Part shown: one piece after another, positions 24,089-24,099 of the stretch
Layout of the letters: each line of letters opens with the position of its first letter
Numbering within the stretch: position 1 is the first letter of the stretch
IMG/VR virus record: IMGVR_UViG_3300031963_000058
Location: 1 to 24,099 of that record
Origin: a virus
Taxonomy: Duplodnaviria > Heunggongvirae > Uroviricota > Caudoviricetes
DNA: 24,099 nucleotides
Reading direction: 5' to 3' (one strand)
Translations under genes and position numbers: made by a program
The notes under the pieces: generated by a model
Told to the model about the DNA's origin: nothing
The model's database searches: none
What the model saw: the letters and a program-made list of their open reading frames with translations, nothing else

Positions 24089-24099
24089 ATTAATTGATG

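Larger units (their letters stand above)
1..24099. other. Segment of a large (probably jumbo) tailed phage genome, probable Bacteroidota host
   Basis: 28 tightly packed or overlapping CDS. Virion-like fibre/tail genes sit next to RuvC-primase-nuclease-SbcCD-sigma genes, with no cellular housekeeping operons. Bacteroidota-type promoter elements, RpoD and SprB-like repeats are present. No integrase or host flank is visible. Confidence 0.85.

Noticed and set aside
1-24099. Stop-codon reassignment (none of the 28 called genes ends in TAG)
   Set aside because: No gene is interrupted by in-frame TAG or TGA under the standard code, and TAG is rare in AT-rich genomes. The window neither needs nor shows recoding; a whole-genome check would be needed.
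1-24099. tRNA, rRNA or other structured RNA genes
   Set aside because: Intergenic gaps are at most ~116 bp and very AT-rich, with no cloverleaf or conserved RNA motif recognisable by eye.

Overview
This 24.1-kb window is a gene-dense, AT-rich segment of a large tailed dsDNA phage genome. The host is most likely Bacteroidota: there are TAnnTTTG promoter elements, a Bacteroidota-type RpoD homologue, SprB-like repeats, a DUF6576-like motif and A-rich translation starts with no obvious Shine-Dalgarno. It has four blocks. (1) 1-982: 3' end of a Gly-X-Ser collagen-like fibre gene. The ORF track missed its true frame (+2), which runs straight into the 608-982 ORF. (2) 1018-5421: the only minus-strand block, encoding a GT9-type transferase, a 1036-aa triple glycosyltransferase (GT-A + GT4 + TibC/Aah-like protein O-heptosyltransferase) and a DUF6165-like protein. 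(3) 5538-12089: Cys-rich, Pro-Thr-linker and SprB-repeat putative virion proteins and a tail-collar/baseplate-like protein. (4) 12141-24099: RuvC-like resolvase, primase, PD-(D/E)XK nuclease, separated SbcD/SbcC, a sigma-70 factor, then membrane, lysis-like and putative head-associated genes. The best candidate for a novel system is a phage-encoded protein O-glycosylation assembly line embedded among its likely Ser/Thr-rich virion substrates. All family assignments are by-eye motif recognition; no database search was run.
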